Source: a virus. From it: 64,000 bases of DNA. The position numbers were made by a program, and so were the translations under genes. The notes under the pieces are model-generated. The model made no database searches and was not told the DNA's origin. It saw only the letters and a program-made list of their open reading frames with translations. Positions 29,423-40,764 of the stretch are shown piece after piece. The DNA lies in the IMG/VR virus record IMGVR_UViG_3300030329_005959, positions 40,266 to 104,265 of that record; one strand, 5' to 3'. How positions within the stretch are numbered: position 1 is the stretch's first letter; each line of letters starts with the position of its first letter.

Positions 29423-30399
29423 GCGTAATTAATCTCGTTATATATTGCGGCATTTGTCTCTAATGCAAGTTTAAGGTCATCATCTAATGCCGCTTCCCCC
29501 GATCCCGCGCTTGAATCAAATACATAAACTTCTCTGATTATTCCATTAAAAGGATTGTTGCTTATTCTTCTACAACCAATTCTAAATCTATCCGATCTAC
29601 CAATATGTTTATCTTCATTTACGTCTCTAGTGGTTTCGGTCCCGCTCACTCTAAGTATCATGGATTTTCCATCTCCTCCTGCGGCAGTTGATCTTTGCCT
29701 GTCGTAGTATGAACCCACTATTGTGCGTGTATATGTTGGATAACCACTAGCACTATCTTCGTCATAAGCATCTACAGCTAACCTGTAACTTCCACCAGAT
29801 AAATAAATCATTTCTACTCCATCATTAAAATTATCTAAATTAGTAATGAGACCGCCAGCTCCTGTAAAATTAAATACTTCACAAGCCATAACTAAACTAA
29901 AATTATCGTCAGTATTAGGTAATCTGTATTGGTTTACTTGCAAATAATCTCCAGAAGCGCTATATCCCCCAGAGGTAACACATTTAAGCCCTCTGTTAAA
30001 CACTCCAGAAGAAATTAACTCAGGCTGTCTACTTGTAGTTGTTTGGACTGCATCTGGTGCAGTTGGATATCCGCTCCAAGATCCTCCACCTTGTTGAGTG
30101 CTTGTATTGCCACTTTGGTTATACCACTTGGTAACGAAAGCTGAGTTGCTTCCTACAAAATCTCTAAGGGTGCTCCCTGCGCTAGTCAAACTGTTAAGGG
30201 TCACCTCTTTTTGATTGTAAAAATAAACATCTGCTTCGGTGCTATCAGAATCTCTTCTAACTCTTATAGCAGCACCAGTGTAAGCCGCACGAAGCAGCCT
30301 TAATCCATAGGCTAGCCTTGCGGTGGGCATACCGCTTATATCTAGAGGAGTTTCTACATGTTTTTCGAATATCCCCGACATTGAGGGTCTTATAATCAT
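29419..30399 (-). CDS. Lectin/ConA-like virion protein (AbfB-like N-terminus)
   Basis: AYGLRLLRAAYTGAAIRVRR, VTKWYNQSGN, QP and FNGIIREVYVF. Confidence 0.65.
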   Translation of the reverse strand: MIIRPSMSGIFEKHVETPLDISGMPTARLAYGLRLLRAAYTGAAIRVRRDSDSTEADVYFYNQKEVTLNSLTSAGSTLRDFVGSNSAFVTKWYNQSGNTSTQQGGGSWSGYPTAPDAVQTTTSRQPELISSGVFNRGLKCVTSGGYSASGDYLQVNQYRLPNTDDNFSLVMACEVFNFTGAGGLITNLDNFNDGVEMIYLSGGSYRLAVDAYDEDSASGYPTYTRTIVGSYYDRQRSTAAGGDGKSMILRVSGTETTRDVNEDKHIGRSDRFRIGCRRISNNPFNGIIREVYVFDSSAGSGEAALDDDLKLALETNAAIYNEINYA

Positions 30400-33300
30400 A
30401 ATAAATTACCGAATACTGCGTAGGTGTTTGTAGCTAGTCTTACTATAGACCCAGGTTGATATCCAGATGCTAAGGTCACAGTCCCATTAGTGGTCCCATT
30501 AATAATCATATTGCTCGACCCTACAATGTCTACATCTTGTCCAGTATGTAATACTGATGCATTAAACCCTGCTCCCAAATCACTAGATATCGTTATTTGG
30601 TCAAATGAGGTAGAGGTTCCGTTAATAAATGTCCCGTTATCTGCGACCCTCAAAGTGAAGTCTGCGCTTTTTTCAGACAAACTAAACCCACCTTTAATTG
30701 CCCCTGAGACATCCAGCTCGGTAGTGGGGGCGCTGTTTCCAATCCCGACATTTCCTTGAACTATTAACCCATTAGAAGGCGCGGCAGTCCCTATATAAGA
30801 TGTCCCCACACTAGCGTTTCCGTATAATCCCAGTGTGCTACTGGTTGAATAATAACCTAATGCAGTTTTTCCTTCTACTGTTAATCCGTTCTCAATCGAA
30901 GCACCAACTAGACTGCTTCCTACAACCATTCCCGTTGCATAGATACATCCCTGCGTATGGAGTTTATATAGAGCGTTGGGAGAGTCTGTCCCCACACCGA
31001 CATTGCTATTGGAAGCTACTGTAAGTGCTGTAGTCCCTGCCGTAGCAAGCTGAATTGTGTCTGTGCTGACATCTATACGAGTATCGGTATCTCCATCATG
31101 AAAAATTGTATTTTGAAGATAGATACTATTAAAAGTCGGAGAACCACCATCAGCAACCCCTCCAATGTCAGACAAAACTTCAGAAGTAGAGCGACTCTCT
31201 AATCCATCAGCAGTAAATCTAGCGTATTCGTTATCGGCTACGGTCGCGCTGTCAATCTTAACGGCATTTGTGTCTGCTATCCCGAAAGTCAAGGATGCTT
31301 GTTTTGCATCCAATTGAGTTTGTATGTTTGAGGATACGCCATCAAGATAATCAAATTCAGTGCTTGTAACGTCTGTCGCATATAAAGCTTCTAAGTAGTC
31401 GATCTCACCAGAAGAAAGATTTTGAAGCTCACTATCTAAAGATAGATCACCGAGAAGTTCAGATGTTGAGCGCCCCTCAAGACCAGCAGATGTGAACCTA
31501 GCATATTCATCGTCAGCGACTGATGCGCTGTCGATTTTTACAGCATTTGTATTTGAGATGCCAAATGTCAAAGAGGCTTGCGCCCCGATATCACTAAGAA
31601 CCTCTGATGTTGAACGACTCTCTAAACCGTCAGCAGTAAACCGTGCGTATTCGTCGTCGGCAACGTCTGCACTGTCGATTTTAACAGCGTTTGTGTTTGC
31701 TATCCCGAAGGTAAGTGAAGCCTGTCCTCCAATGTCTGAAAGAACTTCTGATGCCGATCTACCTTCTACTTGAGTTCCGTCTATGCGGAGAAAATCGTTA
31801 TCAACAAGTGTGCTGTTTGCTTGGATAACGTTATTATTACTTATCCCTACGTCTTTTGTGGCAGCAGTGCCGAGTCCTAAAGATGTCGATGCGTCTCCAG
31901 AAAGCAAATATCCTGTTCCATTTAAGGTCAGTCTGTTTTCAAGCCCTGTGCCGTAAAAATCTCCACCTCCTGATATCCCTCCTGCTCCTGTAGTAATTAA
32001 ACTATTAAAAGTGGGAGAATCACTAGTGCTTAATCCTATATCGCTTCGGACTTCAGAAGTAGAGCGGCTTTCTAAACCATTAGATGTAAATCTAGCGTAT
32101 TCATTGTCAGCTACTGACGCGCTATCTATTTTGACTGCATTGGTATTTGCTATACCAAAGGTAAGCGAAGCTTGCGCCCCGATATCCGAAAGCACTTCTG
32201 AAGTAGACCTGCTTTCTAAACCGTCAGCTGTAAATCTCGCATATTCGTCATCAGCAACGTCTGCACTGTCAATCTTTACTGCGTTTGTATTTGATATACC
32301 AAACGTAAGAGAAGCTTGTCCTCCGATGTCAGACAAGACTTCAGAGGCAGATCTTCCTTCGATTTGAGTGCCATCTATTCTGAGGAAGTCGTTATCTACT
32401 AAGGTGTTATTCGCTTGTAAAAGGTTTGTATTGCTAATACCCACGTTCAACGGAGCAGCTGCACCAGTGGCGCTACTTAAAACAAAACGTCCGTCTAGAT
32501 CTGTAGTAACAGTGGACGCATCGTTGCGACTTAATGTAATAACACCATCACTTGTGTTAAAAGATGCACCAGTAACAAAGGTGTTTGTATCAGGTGGAGA
32601 ATCTCCTGATAGGAGATAAGGAGTTCCGTTGTTCGTAATTCTATTCCCGACTCCAGTCCCTAGAACACTCCCCGTAACTGTGAGTGTAGATGTGCCAGTT
32701 ATATCAATACTCTCAAATACACCTGACACCCCAGACAAATATTGCCCTTGGACGGCCATAGAAGTCGTTGTCGTATTACCTCTAGCTGAGACCGTCTGAA
32801 GAGTGTCTGTTTCTGTCGCAGACCCCGTAGAAACAGCGTTTCCATTCACAAAAAGTCCACTTGTCGATTCAACGTAGACTCCATTAACAAAATCTAAAGT
32901 CGCAGTATGCGCTCCACTCGACGCATGAACTCTATCTTGCCCATCTGCTAATACTGCGGCTCCGCTGTGTCCAGTTGGTATTTCAGCTTTATTACCTAAA
33001 GCAAAAGCATAGTCTCCGCTTACCTTTGAAGCTTTTCCTGGGCCTACAAGTGCGAATCGTCCTGAGGATTCGGTAAACCAGCCACCAAGGGTAACAGAAT
33101 CGTTAGCGTAAATTTTATTTCCTTCTCCACCTAATACAGAACTGAATGTGCCATGCACTTCATTTTCTTCTCCTCCTCCGATAAAAGCGTAACCATTACC
33201 TCCTGAAATAATGTTTGATACACCGCCACCTATGGCAGAAATGCCAGCGTATATCTCGTTACTTTGACCTCCTCCAACAAAAGAAGTGGTAGCACTTTCT

Positions 33301-35309
33301 ATTTTATTATTTTGGCCACCCCCAACTATTGAATAGTTAGAATTAAAAATATCATTATTCTTTCCTCCAATGCTGGAGGAATAATCTGAACCCGTTAGAT
33401 CAATTTGTGAACCACCTCCAATAAAGTTAAAGTCACCCCCTGATATGTTATTAGTGACTCCTCCCGCGATTACATCATAATCTCCCGAAATCTGATGCCC
33501 ACTACCGCCGCCGATCAAACAACCTGACGAATTAAGCATGGAATCGTAAGCAGCTATGATGGCTGAAGTCTCAGTTTGAAGTGAGTAACCATCCTTGCCT
33601 ATCTCTACAGCCGACTTACCGAGAGGGTCATACATAGTTGCCCCATCGCTAGTGAAATCCAACCTAGACTGTCCGTTTGTCACAAGTCTAAATTCGTCGT
33701 TGTCGGGAAAGCCAAAGTAAGAATTAGCGTCCCCAACGTGTCGAATCCAACTATTAATATAAAAGATACTACTACCATTCATATAAATGTCGGTAGTGCT
33801 TGTGTTTCCTAAGTCAACAACCTCCTGTAAGGGGCAACAACCAGTCGTAATATCTGTAGTCAACGCATACTCTACAGTATCTGAATATTTTAATCTTCCC
33901 GTCATGGAGGTGGCTTTTCCCGAAACGATTAAGTTCCCTCCCTCTCCCGTTAGGTCGGTTATTTTTAGGTTTCCTGCGAGGTTCCCACTCCCTTCGATTG
34001 GGAGATAAATAGGAACTGGAGATTCATAGTCCGCTATGACAACCCCCGACCCCGAAACGGGATACAGTCCCGTAGTCATTGAGTAAGGAGTCCCGAAGGC
34101 TAATTTAAGATCTAAAGGTGTGCCTTCTGGCACACCGTCTTTTAGAGTGATGGAAAAATCTTGTTGCTGCCTTTGGTTAAGATTATAAACCCCTAGCAAA
34201 TTTCCCTCATTAGTTGGAGAGTTCGCGGACCAGATTGCCATATCGCCAAATTCGGTGTATCTGGGGTCATTCATGAATGACAGGTCTAATCTTATATCTC
34301 CTGTAGTGCCTGTAGTATTAATTAACTGGTTATTGAAATACTTTCTTGCGTCCGCAGCGTCAGCAGCACTCATCCCACCTGTGTCGGGCGCTGGAAAGTT
34401 CTCGCTGTTATCAGATTCGTTTAGGTAGGTTCCTCCCGAAGCTCTGTAGTATAGGTGGTCTAAGTATAAATCATTTGCATACAAATAAATTTCACTTCTG
34501 TGGGTGGTTCCGTCGTAATTAACAACATCGTTTCTTACGCCAAAATTTGGTGTATAGACTCCAAATACATCTGCATTTTGGGCTACAGTGAAAGGAAAAG
34601 TGGAAGCGGTAGTGGTTCGATAACTAGGATACACCAAACCTCCTGTAATATCAAGAATACTTATTATTTGTCCACTAATATATGGTGATGCATTTATAGA
34701 AGCAGAGGAATTCACCAATCCTCCAGCGGGGTCTCCTAATCCAAACTGGAGGGTGACATCTCCCCTTAGGTGTATGCCGCTCCCCGTGGTTGTAGATATG
34801 AGATCACCTGTATCCACATCAAAAACAGTTTCAAATTCTTTGATGTCTAGCGTAGTGAATGGTCCCTCATAAAAACCACTAGCGGTGATTTCACTGGTGG
34901 TTGTTCCTATCCCTACTTTACCTGTGTATGTATTAGTCCCCTCATACACGGCATATAAAGCTCCACTATAATTAGTCCCCCTAACCAAAGTGTGTGAGGT
35001 GGCACCCCCCACATTCACATACCCAGTGCCTTCGCCCCTAACGTCTCCGTTGGGGGTAGCCCCTCCGATTAACGTCCCTGTGGACATATATTGGTCGGCT
35101 AGCGGAGTGGTGTAGCCCGAAGGCAATCCCGCGCTCCCGCTCTCTACTATATTAATAAAACGAACACTTGCCCACGAACCATAAACAGCTTCAGAATTAA
35201 GCGCACCTCCTGCGCCCGTAATTCCTGTCGCGTAGGTATAAGCTCCCGAGCCATAAACATAAGCACCATCGTCTTTCGTATGTTTTAAAACTGTGTATCC
35301 TGCGTCCAT
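30396..35309 (-). CDS. Long tail fibre / receptor-binding protein
   Basis: 1637 aa, G/S/T-rich; GGG beta-roll repeats, 48-aa shaft repeats and NVGIG motifs; follows gpJ. Confidence 0.8.
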   Translation of the reverse strand: MDAGYTVLKHTKDDGAYVYGSGAYTYATGITGAGGALNSEAVYGSWASVRFINIVESGSAGLPSGYTTPLADQYMSTGTLIGGATPNGDVRGEGTGYVNVGGATSHTLVRGTNYSGALYAVYEGTNTYTGKVGIGTTTSEITASGFYEGPFTTLDIKEFETVFDVDTGDLISTTTGSGIHLRGDVTLQFGLGDPAGGLVNSSASINASPYISGQIISILDITGGLVYPSYRTTTASTFPFTVAQNADVFGVYTPNFGVRNDVVNYDGTTHRSEIYLYANDLYLDHLYYRASGGTYLNESDNSENFPAPDTGGMSAADAADARKYFNNQLINTTGTTGDIRLDLSFMNDPRYTEFGDMAIWSANSPTNEGNLLGVYNLNQRQQQDFSITLKDGVPEGTPLDLKLAFGTPYSMTTGLYPVSGSGVVIADYESPVPIYLPIEGSGNLAGNLKITDLTGEGGNLIVSGKATSMTGRLKYSDTVEYALTTDITTGCCPLQEVVDLGNTSTTDIYMNGSSIFYINSWIRHVGDANSYFGFPDNDEFRLVTNGQSRLDFTSDGATMYDPLGKSAVEIGKDGYSLQTETSAIIAAYDSMLNSSGCLIGGGSGHQISGDYDVIAGGVTNNISGGDFNFIGGGSQIDLTGSDYSSSIGGKNNDIFNSNYSIVGGGQNNKIESATTSFVGGGQSNEIYAGISAIGGGVSNIISGGNGYAFIGGGEENEVHGTFSSVLGGEGNKIYANDSVTLGGWFTESSGRFALVGPGKASKVSGDYAFALGNKAEIPTGHSGAAVLADGQDRVHASSGAHTATLDFVNGVYVESTSGLFVNGNAVSTGSATETDTLQTVSARGNTTTTSMAVQGQYLSGVSGVFESIDITGTSTLTVTGSVLGTGVGNRITNNGTPYLLSGDSPPDTNTFVTGASFNTSDGVITLSRNDASTVTTDLDGRFVLSSATGAAAPLNVGISNTNLLQANNTLVDNDFLRIDGTQIEGRSASEVLSDIGGQASLTFGISNTNAVKIDSADVADDEYARFTADGLESRSTSEVLSDIGAQASLTFGIANTNAVKIDSASVADNEYARFTSNGLESRSTSEVRSDIGLSTSDSPTFNSLITTGAGGISGGGDFYGTGLENRLTLNGTGYLLSGDASTSLGLGTAATKDVGISNNNVIQANSTLVDNDFLRIDGTQVEGRSASEVLSDIGGQASLTFGIANTNAVKIDSADVADDEYARFTADGLESRSTSEVLSDIGAQASLTFGISNTNAVKIDSASVADDEYARFTSAGLEGRSTSELLGDLSLDSELQNLSSGEIDYLEALYATDVTSTEFDYLDGVSSNIQTQLDAKQASLTFGIADTNAVKIDSATVADNEYARFTADGLESRSTSEVLSDIGGVADGGSPTFNSIYLQNTIFHDGDTDTRIDVSTDTIQLATAGTTALTVASNSNVGVGTDSPNALYKLHTQGCIYATGMVVGSSLVGASIENGLTVEGKTALGYYSTSSTLGLYGNASVGTSYIGTAAPSNGLIVQGNVGIGNSAPTTELDVSGAIKGGFSLSEKSADFTLRVADNGTFINGTSTSFDQITISSDLGAGFNASVLHTGQDVDIVGSSNMIINGTTNGTVTLASGYQPGSIVRLATNTYAVFGNLL
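31160..32450 (-). repeat. Internal coding repeats of the tail fibre: five 144-bp (48-aa) A units and two B units, arranged B-A-A...B-A-A...A
   Basis: QASLTFGI(S/A)NTNAVKIDSA.VADDEYARFT..GLESRSTSEVLSDIG repeated; block period 594 bp (31711 vs 32305). Confidence 0.9.
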
Positions 35310-38300
35310 TATAAAATTGCTATCTGGTTAACAAAAGATTTATTGAATATTAAAAGGTCATCATAAACTACAAATATTCCTGAACAGTCATAATTAGAAT
35401 CAAAGTAAAAATTAGCCAGCGCTTTGCCGCCCTTTTGCCCTAAGGCATTAACACAATAGTTGTAAACCCCTACTTGACCTAAATTTGAAAACTGGTAACC
35501 TGTGTCTGCAACTGTAGTTTCAGTTACTCGTCCGTTAGGATGCGTTAAACGCACATTAAAGCCCGTGCTGTTTGTTATGTCGGTCCATCTCCCTGTGATA
35601 GTAAAAGTGTCAGTAACGGAGTCTGGAACCCCTGTAGAAAGATACTCTAGAACTGGTGATGCTAGAGTTTCATAAGTGACGTTATTAATAGTTTGGGCGA
35701 CTTGATAACTATAAGTATCCGCTTTGTTTTCTATACTTATATCTTTTTCTATTAAATTAAATTTGCCTGTATCGTATTTAGTGGCGCTGACAAGATATTC
35801 ATTGGGAGCCTCCTCCTGCATCGAAATTACTTTATAAATAAAGGGGCTGGCATCTCTGATTTCAAATTTTGCAGGACTGCCTAATTTTATAAAAGGCAGT
35901 AACTGTGGTTTATCAAACCCCGAAAGCACACTGCCGTATGGGTTGTAACCAGACAATTCTAAGTCGGAAGCACTTTCTACAATAACTCCAGTAACAGATA
36001 GCACAGCCATTTGGTTGGGCGAACTTCCTGAAATTTCTGAGTTAAGAACTCCGTGACCTCCTCCGAAAGCACTGTCAAAGTCAATTCCTGAAAAGGGGAA
36101 ATGATGAGTTGTAGAACGTCCCGATGTTATGCTCATGTCCACCTCCGTGATTGCGCCTGTATTGAAACTAAACAAAGTTTGAGCACCAGTTCCTGATGCA
36201 ATAAAATCTCCAGAACCCAAAGCGAAGGCTCCTGTCCTCTGGTTGGCTGGCTCTGATTCTGGCGACGATCCTGATGCCAACGTCCATCCCGTAAACCCTG
36301 TGTTAAAATAAAGAAACTTCCCACTTTCGGCATGATTTCCACTAACGCCTGTGTATAGACCGTATTGCTGAGAAAGTTGCCTAGTATCTGGTAGGCTTAC
36401 ATCATAACCTGAGGTGTAACCCGAGAATCCGTAATCTCCTGTATACGCGGCCCATGCGTCAGTCACTTGTCCTGTAACGGTGAAGCCTTGGTAGCGGCTT
36501 CTAAGAATGTTATTTAAACTGTCTATATCTTCTATCGTATCTCGACCTGTGGGGTTATAAACGGTCAAGGTCGATTCCATGTCTCCTGAAATATAGCTAT
36601 TACTTATTCTTATTGTTTCATTCTCAAGGTCTACAGCTAGAATTTTACCAAAATTAGCTTTATTGGTTTTTAGTTCATCCTCGATGGTTATTAGGTCTCC
36701 AGGTTGGCAAAGGAGACTCTCTAGTCCTGCTGTGAAAGCAACGGTTTGGTTTTCATCAATCGTGTTAAAGATGGCGTGTTGACCCATGCGCCTAGCCATT
36801 GCGCGAGAAGTTATACCTACGCCTTCTATCGTTGTTTTAAATACCCCTCTCTCCTTTATATCTTCTTCGTCTTCTATTACTTCTATTTTGGGAGTGAACT
36901 TATCAAAGCGGTCTCTAAAGCTCACCTCTATAGTATTGTATTGCTGATCTCTCCTAGTGTTTGAATAGTAAAACTGACCGTCTTTCACCGACTCATTAGT
37001 AAACAAATTAATAGAGCCTCTTGGCCGATCATCTACAAAATTTATTTCCGAGTTCCCAAAGAAAACTCGACCCCTAAATAGGGAAGCAATAGTATTAATG
37101 GCGTCGTAAAGTTTTTGTCCCCTATCGAAAACAACATTACACGAAAATCTAGGCTCTAAACCTCCACGGCCATCTGTTACCCCTTCAAAGTAACCATTAT
37201 CGTCTACCGCATCACAAAACCGCCCTATTTTATATAACTGCCATTTATTAATTTTTGACTCATCAATATGGCTTCCCATCCCATAACGAGAATTAGTGAG
37301 AAGGTCATATAAAATCCACGCAGGGTTATCAGTCCACTTTAAAACGGGAGCGAAGTTTCCGTCCCAATCTCCATTATATACAGCTTTGCTACTTGCTGGA
37401 GCGGCTTCAAACTCCTCAACAGTATTCCAATACCTTTTATCAGTGCGCCCACGTTCGGGGTAATAATTAGAGGGCACTTTTACTAATTTTAATTTACAAT
37501 CGTAAGTGCGCTTTGGAATGTTGCCGAAAGCTCTGGAGTCAAGTTTGGTTCCTACAATTGCCGAGAAGGGATAAGGCATATCTACCTCGATAATTTCAGT
37601 AACCTTGTTGAGATTGACTATTTTATTTAATAAGACAGAGTTACTCTCGTAAGATAGCTTAGTTACTTTCACATAACGCTTTTGCACACTATCTTGGTCG
37701 ATAGTCCCCACTTCAATCCCCGTGAGCCCATCCTCGCTTAATTCTTGATTTTCTTTTATAAGAACCTCAGGCAATTCAAATGGGATGTTTAAACTCTCCC
37801 TTCGGTCTAAATTAACAACATAGTCATTGTTGTTTGGTCCTGAAGCGCTATCAGGATTGCCTAAATCAACCAATGTTTGCCCTTCTATTAAAGCTACTAT
37901 TCTAAAAGTATAAGTTTTAAAGGGTATTTCGGCTCCCACTCCCTTGTCATATTTGCCTGTTTCTACTTGGATGTTTAAAACCGCTGGGAATTTACTTCCT
38001 GGGTTTTTGTCCCCTCCATCTCCCGTTAGGTGAGGGATGGTAATTTTTTTCAAGAGAGTGTCTGATAAAGCTTCTATATTTAATGTAATAAAAACCTTCG
38101 CTACATTAGGGTTGTATACGGTGTGAACACAGGGAATTGCCTTTTCATCCCAATTTACTAGAGAACCTTCTGCCCATTTCGAGTAGTTGAATGTGCGAGC
38201 GTCGTTATCACCCGCATATCTCTCGTCGTCGCTTCCTTCCATAAGGGGCAAGTTAGTGCTTGGGTCTATTTGTAAATTAAAATTTGCCGCTCCCAGAGCC

Positions 38301-40114
38301 AATACTTCGCTGCGGGTAAGCGAATCCGACCCCGCGTTGATTCTTTGTGGCGCGTTTCCTTGAGCACCCGCAGCACGGCGATTGATGGCCGCAGCAGGGC
38401 CAAGTCCAGCAGGTCTTGTTGTGAACGGGCCAAAAAGTTCCTTATTGTAAACGTGATCTATAAATACTCTACGGAACGCCTTTAAAGGTGTTTGATCTTC
38501 TGTCCCTTGTTTAAATTCAGCTAAAACGTTGGTGTAATTAAATTTTAAATTAGAAGAAACTTCGGTTTCGGTTACATTTGGAATGCCATTTCGCCAATCT
38601 TGTCCAAACCCCACCGTGGTCGTATATTGTAGGGTATTTATATCTGTCATGTGTTGCACGGTTTGTCGGTGGAAAGAAACTATCTTGGACTCCACTCCCT
38701 CTCCCGAGAATATCGCGTTCTGCATCGGCAATGTAAAAACTATAAACCCGTGCATTTTGCCTGTGAGATTGCCCAGAGAATCAATTTCTGGGCAAGTAAT
38801 ATCTAATTTCCTTCCATAGCTCATCCTTGCCAGTGTCCCGATCATCCAGTCGATTGGAATTCCGTTCAACCAACCATCCATAGCCCAGCCCGAGCCAAGC
38901 ACGAGAGGATCGGCTCCGACAACCATAGTTGTCATGTCGAGCACATTGCTCCCATCTTCATCCAAAATGTTTCTACCGACGATGTTGGGGTTATCCTCTT
39001 CGACTTTAACTATAAAAGTGAAACCTAAGTTTAACCATTCGGTAGTCTGCTCCTTTACCCAGTTGCTCAGTAGTCCTGCGATATTTTGGTTTCCCTCTGC
39101 GCCCCACCCCAGATTAGTAAGAGCTTTTGCTGCTAAGGTTTTTTGAAAGTTATTAGCTTCAGGGTTTAATCCGTCAGGACTATTATTATCGTTCCATAAA
39201 GCAAGGATTTCGGTCAGCTCTGACCTTACAAAATTTTCAGCGTCGTCAAGGGTTCTACTGAATCCCCCCATCCAACCAATAGGGTTCTCTGCGCTATTTC
39301 TCTCTTTGGGAGTAAATCCGCAAAAAAACTTGGAGGACGCCAAGGTGTTTTGGTCCGTCCAATACATAGATTGAGGTCTGACTCCTTCTCCATCCTCACC
39401 ATTCCATAGTCCCCGAGGAAAGCGGTCATTTCTGAAAGCAGCATCTACTTGGCTGTCGCCGTCCCCCCCGTAATTCAGTTCTCCATCCAGATACCAATAA
39501 AATCTTACTCCGCTAGAGCTTTCTAGATAAGCCCTAATATACAGGGAGGATTCTAAATGATCAGGAGCTTCTTCAGGATTTTCGTCACCCACTCTTATCT
39601 TCTGGAAGATCATGTTCAGGGTATGCCACGGAGTCCAGTTAGCGTCTGCCCATTCTACCCGCATCTGCGATTCATAGTTATTTGGTTCCCCTCCTACCCC
39701 GTTATGATTTAAGGTAGATATCAGTCCGTCTTGACTTAAATCTATTTGCCTAGTGAGGGCTTTACAAAACTCCTTGAGCGCCCGTATACCCGTCCCCGTT
39801 CCACTCGCTAATTCTCTAGCGTTCTGTTCTGCGCCTTGCTGAGATAACGTGTTGTTTGCGCCCTCGTTATCTATCGCCACTGCCGTATCCTCAAAGTAGA
39901 TTCCTTTTAGGATATTTAACCCTTCCAATAGGTCTCCCTCAGGTCCGACCAATCCCGCGATAGGCCCATCACTAATCAAATCAATAGTTTCAGCATAGCT
40001 GTGCGAAGCCCCATACTGTAACTCTCCCATTACGGGAGGCAAGTAAACTGGAGGCTGGGGTTTTTTCTTTTTCTTCGCCCCAGCGACCTGCAACTTTTTT
40101 AGTATATGGCTCAT
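35309..40114 (-). CDS. Tail tip / host-specificity protein J (lambda gpJ-like) with large insertions
   Basis: DLISDGPIAG, YP.SA, WTDNPAWILYDLLTNSRYG, EPRFSCN, PGDLI and C-terminal FN3. Confidence 0.9.
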   Translation of the reverse strand: MSHILKKLQVAGAKKKKKPQPPVYLPPVMGELQYGASHSYAETIDLISDGPIAGLVGPEGDLLEGLNILKGIYFEDTAVAIDNEGANNTLSQQGAEQNARELASGTGTGIRALKEFCKALTRQIDLSQDGLISTLNHNGVGGEPNNYESQMRVEWADANWTPWHTLNMIFQKIRVGDENPEEAPDHLESSLYIRAYLESSSGVRFYWYLDGELNYGGDGDSQVDAAFRNDRFPRGLWNGEDGEGVRPQSMYWTDQNTLASSKFFCGFTPKERNSAENPIGWMGGFSRTLDDAENFVRSELTEILALWNDNNSPDGLNPEANNFQKTLAAKALTNLGWGAEGNQNIAGLLSNWVKEQTTEWLNLGFTFIVKVEEDNPNIVGRNILDEDGSNVLDMTTMVVGADPLVLGSGWAMDGWLNGIPIDWMIGTLARMSYGRKLDITCPEIDSLGNLTGKMHGFIVFTLPMQNAIFSGEGVESKIVSFHRQTVQHMTDINTLQYTTTVGFGQDWRNGIPNVTETEVSSNLKFNYTNVLAEFKQGTEDQTPLKAFRRVFIDHVYNKELFGPFTTRPAGLGPAAAINRRAAGAQGNAPQRINAGSDSLTRSEVLALGAANFNLQIDPSTNLPLMEGSDDERYAGDNDARTFNYSKWAEGSLVNWDEKAIPCVHTVYNPNVAKVFITLNIEALSDTLLKKITIPHLTGDGGDKNPGSKFPAVLNIQVETGKYDKGVGAEIPFKTYTFRIVALIEGQTLVDLGNPDSASGPNNNDYVVNLDRRESLNIPFELPEVLIKENQELSEDGLTGIEVGTIDQDSVQKRYVKVTKLSYESNSVLLNKIVNLNKVTEIIEVDMPYPFSAIVGTKLDSRAFGNIPKRTYDCKLKLVKVPSNYYPERGRTDKRYWNTVEEFEAAPASSKAVYNGDWDGNFAPVLKWTDNPAWILYDLLTNSRYGMGSHIDESKINKWQLYKIGRFCDAVDDNGYFEGVTDGRGGLEPRFSCNVVFDRGQKLYDAINTIASLFRGRVFFGNSEINFVDDRPRGSINLFTNESVKDGQFYYSNTRRDQQYNTIEVSFRDRFDKFTPKIEVIEDEEDIKERGVFKTTIEGVGITSRAMARRMGQHAIFNTIDENQTVAFTAGLESLLCQPGDLITIEDELKTNKANFGKILAVDLENETIRISNSYISGDMESTLTVYNPTGRDTIEDIDSLNNILRSRYQGFTVTGQVTDAWAAYTGDYGFSGYTSGYDVSLPDTRQLSQQYGLYTGVSGNHAESGKFLYFNTGFTGWTLASGSSPESEPANQRTGAFALGSGDFIASGTGAQTLFSFNTGAITEVDMSITSGRSTTHHFPFSGIDFDSAFGGGHGVLNSEISGSSPNQMAVLSVTGVIVESASDLELSGYNPYGSVLSGFDKPQLLPFIKLGSPAKFEIRDASPFIYKVISMQEEAPNEYLVSATKYDTGKFNLIEKDISIENKADTYSYQVAQTINNVTYETLASPVLEYLSTGVPDSVTDTFTITGRWTDITNSTGFNVRLTHPNGRVTETTVADTGYQFSNLGQVGVYNYCVNALGQKGGKALANFYFDSNYDCSGIFVVYDDLLIFNKSFVNQIAIL

Positions 40115-40764
40115 GTTTGTCGTGTGCTACTGGTGGTCATAATAAATCCCCTTTTAAGACCCAAAGCATCTAGATCGGAGTGGGGAGCGGGTTGGGGAGT
40201 TAATGCTTTTTCAGTTCTCTCATGTTGGGGGTAAGATTTAATGCTAGACTGTATCACTTGTGACCCCACTCTTAAGCGCCCATATCCCAGAGGTAAGGGG
40301 GCTCCTTGACTAGCCACATTCGCTAGATTACTGAAAACTTGAGACGCTTTAGCTGCTTGCGCTTCTGCGGTCTGTTGTTCTACCTCAGGTTGAGGGCTTA
40401 AAGCAAAAGAAAGAGCGGCCCAAACCACCGCAGCTGCGATTTTACCTATAAGCACTGCCGCTCCCCCCCCTCCAAGGAGAGCCGCAACTCCCGCAGCTAT
40501 TGGCCCACTCCCTGCGATAGCGGGAACCAAATCAATAGTTTGGGGGTTATTTTGATTATGGAGTTCTTCTTCAATGTTAATCCTTTTTTTATTAATAATA
40601 ACCTCATATACACACCCCTCTTTATGCAATTGCATAATTCTTTGGACAAAACCGCCCCTATTGGCATCAATAGCGTGTAGCACATTCTTTGGCCTTCCTA
40701 TATTTAAATAGAAATTTTTCCCGTATTCCTTGGCCAAAACTCCGTGTAATCTTATGTTTGTCAT
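40111..40764 (-). CDS. Tail assembly protein I (lambda gpI-like)
   Basis: IRLHGVL...G, VPAIAGSG and QGAPLPLGYGRLRVGSQVI. Confidence 0.85.
   Translation of the reverse strand: MTNIRLHGVLAKEYGKNFYLNIGRPKNVLHAIDANRGGFVQRIMQLHKEGCVYEVIINKKRINIEEELHNQNNPQTIDLVPAIAGSGPIAAGVAALLGGGGAAVLIGKIAAAVVWAALSFALSPQPEVEQQTAEAQAAKASQVFSNLANVASQGAPLPLGYGRLRVGSQVIQSSIKSYPQHERTEKALTPQPAPHSDLDALGLKRGFIMTTSSTRQT

Noticed and set aside
31160-32450. Diversity-generating retroelement TR/VR pair
   Set aside because: Repeats are in-frame coding units differing mainly at synonymous sites, not adenine-specific; no reverse transcriptase in the window.
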